Shown piece by piece: positions 41,384-43,937 of a stretch of 43,937 bases of DNA; the first letter of the stretch is position 1; the number at the start of each line of letters is the position of its first letter. The notes under the pieces were generated by a model that worked only from the letters and a program-made list of their open reading frames with translations, was not told where the DNA came from and searched no databases. Location of the stretch: assembly GCA_041304225.1 (NCBI GenBank), contig JBFYNT010000029.1, forward strand, positions 1 through 43,937, read 5' to 3'. The stretch comes from Candidatus Aminicenantes bacterium (lineage in GTDB: Bacteria; Acidobacteriota; Aminicenantia; Aminicenantales; Saccharicenantaceae). A program made the position numbers and the translations under genes.

Positions 41384-43069
41384 TCACTCCTTCCCGCCGT
41401 CGCGCCGGCGCGACATCCGATCGAGCTCGGCGCGGCCGAGGACGCGCTTCGCGCCCGACCGGGCGTCGACGATCGCCACCCGGTCCGTGCAGGAGAAGCA
41501 GGGATCGATCTGGCCCACGATGATGGGAAAGTCGGCGAACTGGTTGTCGAGCAGCATCGAAGGCACGGCCTGGAGGTTCGGGTAGGTCGGGGCCCGGACG
41601 CGCCAGCGCTCGGGCCGGTTCTCCTCGCCGGTAATGACGTAATGGACCGACTCGCCGCGGGGCGCCTCGACCATGGACACGGCGTGGCGGAGCGGCGGCA
41701 GGGCCTCGGGGATGTCGATGAGGAGCGGGCCGTCGGAGGGCATCCGGGCCAGGGCCTGGCGGAGGATCTTGATCGATTCGAAGATCTCGAGGACCCGGAC
41801 GACGAGCGTTCCCCAGACGTCGCAGCTGTCGACGACCGGGACGTCGAAGGCCATGTCGTCGTAGGCGGCGTAAGGGTGGTCCTTGCGCGTGTCCAGGCTC
41901 AGGCCGCGGGCCCGGGCCACGGGGCCGACCAGGCTCCAGCGGACCGTCTCTTCCTTGGACAGGCTGCCCACCCCTTTGGTCCGGCGGTGGATGGCGCCGT
42001 CGCCGATGATCGAGTTCTTGAGGACCAGGACCTCCTTTTCGAGAGTGACGAGGATCCCCTCGATGTCGGTCCGGATCTCCGGCGTGATGTCGCGGCGGAC
42101 ACCGCCGACGAGGACCATGCCGTAGGTCTTGCGGTTGCCGGTGATCCGCTCTGACAGCCACATGATCTTCTCCCGGACCCGCCAGGCCTGCATGAAGACC
42201 GTGTCGAAGCCGATGAGATGGCCGGCGATACCGAGCCAGAGCAAGTGCGAGTGGAGGCGCTCGATCTCGAGCATGACCGTCCGGATGTACTCGGCCCGGC
42301 GCGAGATGCGGATGCCGGCGGCGGCCTCGACGGCCTGGGCGTAGCAGGCGGCGTGGACCGAACCGCAGATGCCGCAGATGCGCTCGGCGACGAAGGGCAC
42401 TTCGTTGTAGCTGACCTGGGTCTGGCAGAGCTTCTCGATGCCCCGGTGGGTCATGAAGCCGCGGTAGTCGCAGCCCTTGATCGTCTCGCCGTCGACGTAG
42501 ACGGCGAAGTGCTCGGGCTCGTGGAGACTGACGTGGAACGGGCCGACGGGGACGACGGTCGTCCCGGGCGGGGCCTCGTCGAGCTGATACGCGACGTCCT
42601 CGGCGGCCGGCGGCTGGAGATCGTGCGGGACCTCCTTGCGCAGGGGATAGATCCCGGCCGGCCAGTCGTCGGCCAGGATGAGGCGTTTGGGCTTGGGGTG
42701 GCCGGTGAATGTCATCCCCAGGAGGTCCTGGTACTCCCGCTCGGACCAGCCGGCGTTGGGGATGTCGGGGGTGATCGAGTCGAAGGTCGGGTCCGAGGCC
42801 GGGGCCGAGGTCCGCAGAACGACCGCAAGGTGGTCGGCGTCGAAGGCGAAGGTGTGGATGAGCCCGAGCGTCCCGCGGCGGGCGATCTCATCATAGCCGA
42901 TGCCGACCATGTAGCGGCCGCCGAGCCCGATGAGGGCGTTCGAGGCGGCCCGCAGCACCCGGCGGTCGACGTCGACGAAGAGCCGGTTCGCTTGGGGCGA
43001 CTCCGTGCCCTTGAGATCGGCGCCGAAGCGGCCCCTGAGCTCGGTCTCTATCCTGGCGAGGACATCCAT
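41384..43069 (-). CDS. group-4 [NiFe]-hydrogenase large subunit, NuoC-NuoD fusion (HycE/HyfG-like)
   Basis: I chose Met47 of the track ORF (MDVLARIETEL) as the start, placed by frame arithmetic from the track. SD AGGGAGA is upstream. Ni-Fe ligand motifs are ERICGICGSVH and DPCFSCTDR, followed by a ~31-aa HycE-like C-terminal extension. There are long by-eye matches to E. coli HycE (DDWPAGIYPLRKE, LEIERLHSHLL). Confidence 0.85.
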   Translation of the reverse strand: MDVLARIETELRGRFGADLKGTESPQANRLFVDVDRRVLRAASNALIGLGGRYMVGIGYDEIARRGTLGLIHTFAFDADHLAVVLRTSAPASDPTFDSITPDIPNAGWSEREYQDLLGMTFTGHPKPKRLILADDWPAGIYPLRKEVPHDLQPPAAEDVAYQLDEAPPGTTVVPVGPFHVSLHEPEHFAVYVDGETIKGCDYRGFMTHRGIEKLCQTQVSYNEVPFVAERICGICGSVHAACYAQAVEAAAGIRISRRAEYIRTVMLEIERLHSHLLWLGIAGHLIGFDTVFMQAWRVREKIMWLSERITGNRKTYGMVLVGGVRRDITPEIRTDIEGILVTLEKEVLVLKNSIIGDGAIHRRTKGVGSLSKEETVRWSLVGPVARARGLSLDTRKDHPYAAYDDMAFDVPVVDSCDVWGTLVVRVLEIFESIKILRQALARMPSDGPLLIDIPEALPPLRHAVSMVEAPRGESVHYVITGEENRPERWRVRAPTYPNLQAVPSMLLDNQFADFPIIVGQIDPCFSCTDRVAIVDARSGAKRVLGRAELDRMSRRRDGGKE

Positions 43070-43079
43070 GAGAATCTCC

Positions 43080-43937
43080 CTACTTGCCGCTCTTTCCGCC
43101 GGCGAACTTGAACAGGCCCCGCAGGGCCGCGAACATGCCCCGGTCCGTGTACCGGTTGGCATTGCCCAGGTCCTGGTAACCGCAGAGCCAGGTCGGGGCT
43201 TCGACATCCTTCGAGCCGCCCGCCCTCCGGAGCAGCGCCCCGAGGGCCAAGGCCAGGCCGAGGACGAACAGGACCACGATCGGCGCGGAGGCCGCGCCGA
43301 ACGCGGGCAGCCGGAGGCCCAGGAACGATGCCGTGACCGGCCCGCCGGAAGCGGCGACGACGCCGGAGAGGAGGAAGCCCTCGGACCGCCCGAGGGCGGT
43401 CAAAACGAGCCCGACCGACAGGACGGGGAAGAGGCCCTGGACGAGGGCCACGGCCGTCAGGACGAGCTTGGGGGCCAGCATCGAGGCCGGGACCTCGCGA
43501 ACGGGACGGCCGACGTTCCACTCCGAGCCGGCCGAGGTGAAGGCCATGCCGAAGAACTTGACGTAGCAGGCCAGCGTCACCGCGCTCGTGAACAGGGCGA
43601 CGATGCCGAAGAGGACCAGCGCGAACGTCGCGTCCCCGGCCAGGAGCGAGCTCGAGATGATCGTCCACTTGCTCGAGAATCCGCTGAAGGGCGGCATGCC
43701 CGAGATCGACAGCGAGGCGATCCCGGCGACGGCGGCGCTCACGGGCATCAGCCGGATGAGACCGCCCAGCTTGTTGAGGTCCTTCGTCCCGGTGGCATAG
43801 AGGATGCTGCCGCTCGTGAGGAAGAGCAGCGCCTTGAAGATGGCGTGGTTGAGGACGTGGAAGAGGGCGCCTATCGCGGCGACGACGGCCAGGGCCCGCA
43901 GGACCGGGCCCCCCGTCGTCCCCAGATAGAGCACGGC
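43080..43937 (-). CDS. antiporter-like membrane subunit (NuoL/M/N, HycC/HyfB-like), 5' end outside window
   Basis: The C-terminal 285 codons are in the window. The reading frame stays open to the window edge. FHVLNHAIFKALLFLTSGSILYATGTKDLNKLGGL and SGMPPFSGFSSKW are proton-pumping subunit signatures. Confidence 0.75.
   Translation of the reverse strand, partial: AVLYLGTTGGPVLRALAVVAAIGALFHVLNHAIFKALLFLTSGSILYATGTKDLNKLGGLIRLMPVSAAVAGIASLSISGMPPFSGFSSKWTIISSSLLAGDATFALVLFGIVALFTSAVTLACYVKFFGMAFTSAGSEWNVGRPVREVPASMLAPKLVLTAVALVQGLFPVLSVGLVLTALGRSEGFLLSGVVAASGGPVTASFLGLRLPAFGAASAPIVVLFVLGLALALGALLRRAGGSKDVEAPTWLCGYQDLGNANRYTDRGMFAALRGLFKFAGGKSGK

Noticed and set aside
1-43937. Search by eye for tRNA, rRNA, CRISPR arrays and intact IS elements
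   Set aside because: I saw no T-loop/acceptor-like tRNA signatures, no rRNA-like conserved blocks, and no regularly spaced direct repeats. There is no full-length transposase, only the 79-aa tail at 17957-18196. A covariance-model scan (tRNAscan-SE, Infernal) would be needed to exclude small RNAs.

Overview
GC-rich bacterial chromosomal window. Codon third positions are almost all G/C, and the rare AT-rich islands coincide with intergenic promoters. It is densely coding, with about 33 credible CDS on both strands. I saw no rRNA, tRNA or CRISPR array by eye. Because of the GC content, the six-frame track is full of long Arg/Gly/Pro/Asp-rich antisense ORFs and 5'-over-extended ORFs (the track starts ORFs at ATG, GTG or TTG). 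I re-picked starts using Shine-Dalgarno motifs, signal peptides and sigma70-like TTGACA-17-TAnnnT promoters. Content from left to right: (1) An envelope operon encoding a secreted metallophosphoesterase-PQQ propeller, a YdbH-like AsmA-family protein and a YdbL/DUF1318 lipoprotein. (2) A Tat-exported CrtI-like flavoprotein plus a class-C beta-lactamase-fold hydrolase. (3) An EF-P-like factor (EfpL/YeiP type) translationally coupled to an RluA-family pseudouridine synthase. (4) A small secreted protein and a large M14 carboxypeptidase. (5) An L-arabinofuranoside utilisation locus with GH51, two tandem GH127, a BNR/sortilin-like propeller, araB, araD and a FucI-family isomerase in place of canonical araA. 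This locus is interrupted by a lower-GC accessory patch of about 2.3 kb carrying an NTF2-like protein, a DEDDh exonuclease, an IS91-like transposase tail flanked by hairpin repeats, and a BrnT/BrnA toxin-antitoxin pair. (6) An M28 peptidase, a Zn-ADH, membrane proteins, an exported RbsD/FucU-like lipoprotein and OsmC. (7) A HycE-type group-4 [NiFe]-hydrogenase operon, cut by the window end. Its 3' end runs through overlapping stop/start codons into a three-gene two-component phosphorelay with no output domain. The most noteworthy observations are the hydrogenase-embedded phosphorelay, the possible YnbE-YdbL fusion, the non-canonical isomerase in the ara operon, a repeated intergenic element bracketing ara-locus genes, and the hairpin repeats around the transposase remnant. 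None of these is proven novel from sequence alone. All homology statements are by-eye motif recognition, not database searches. An Acidobacteriota-like origin is only a guess.
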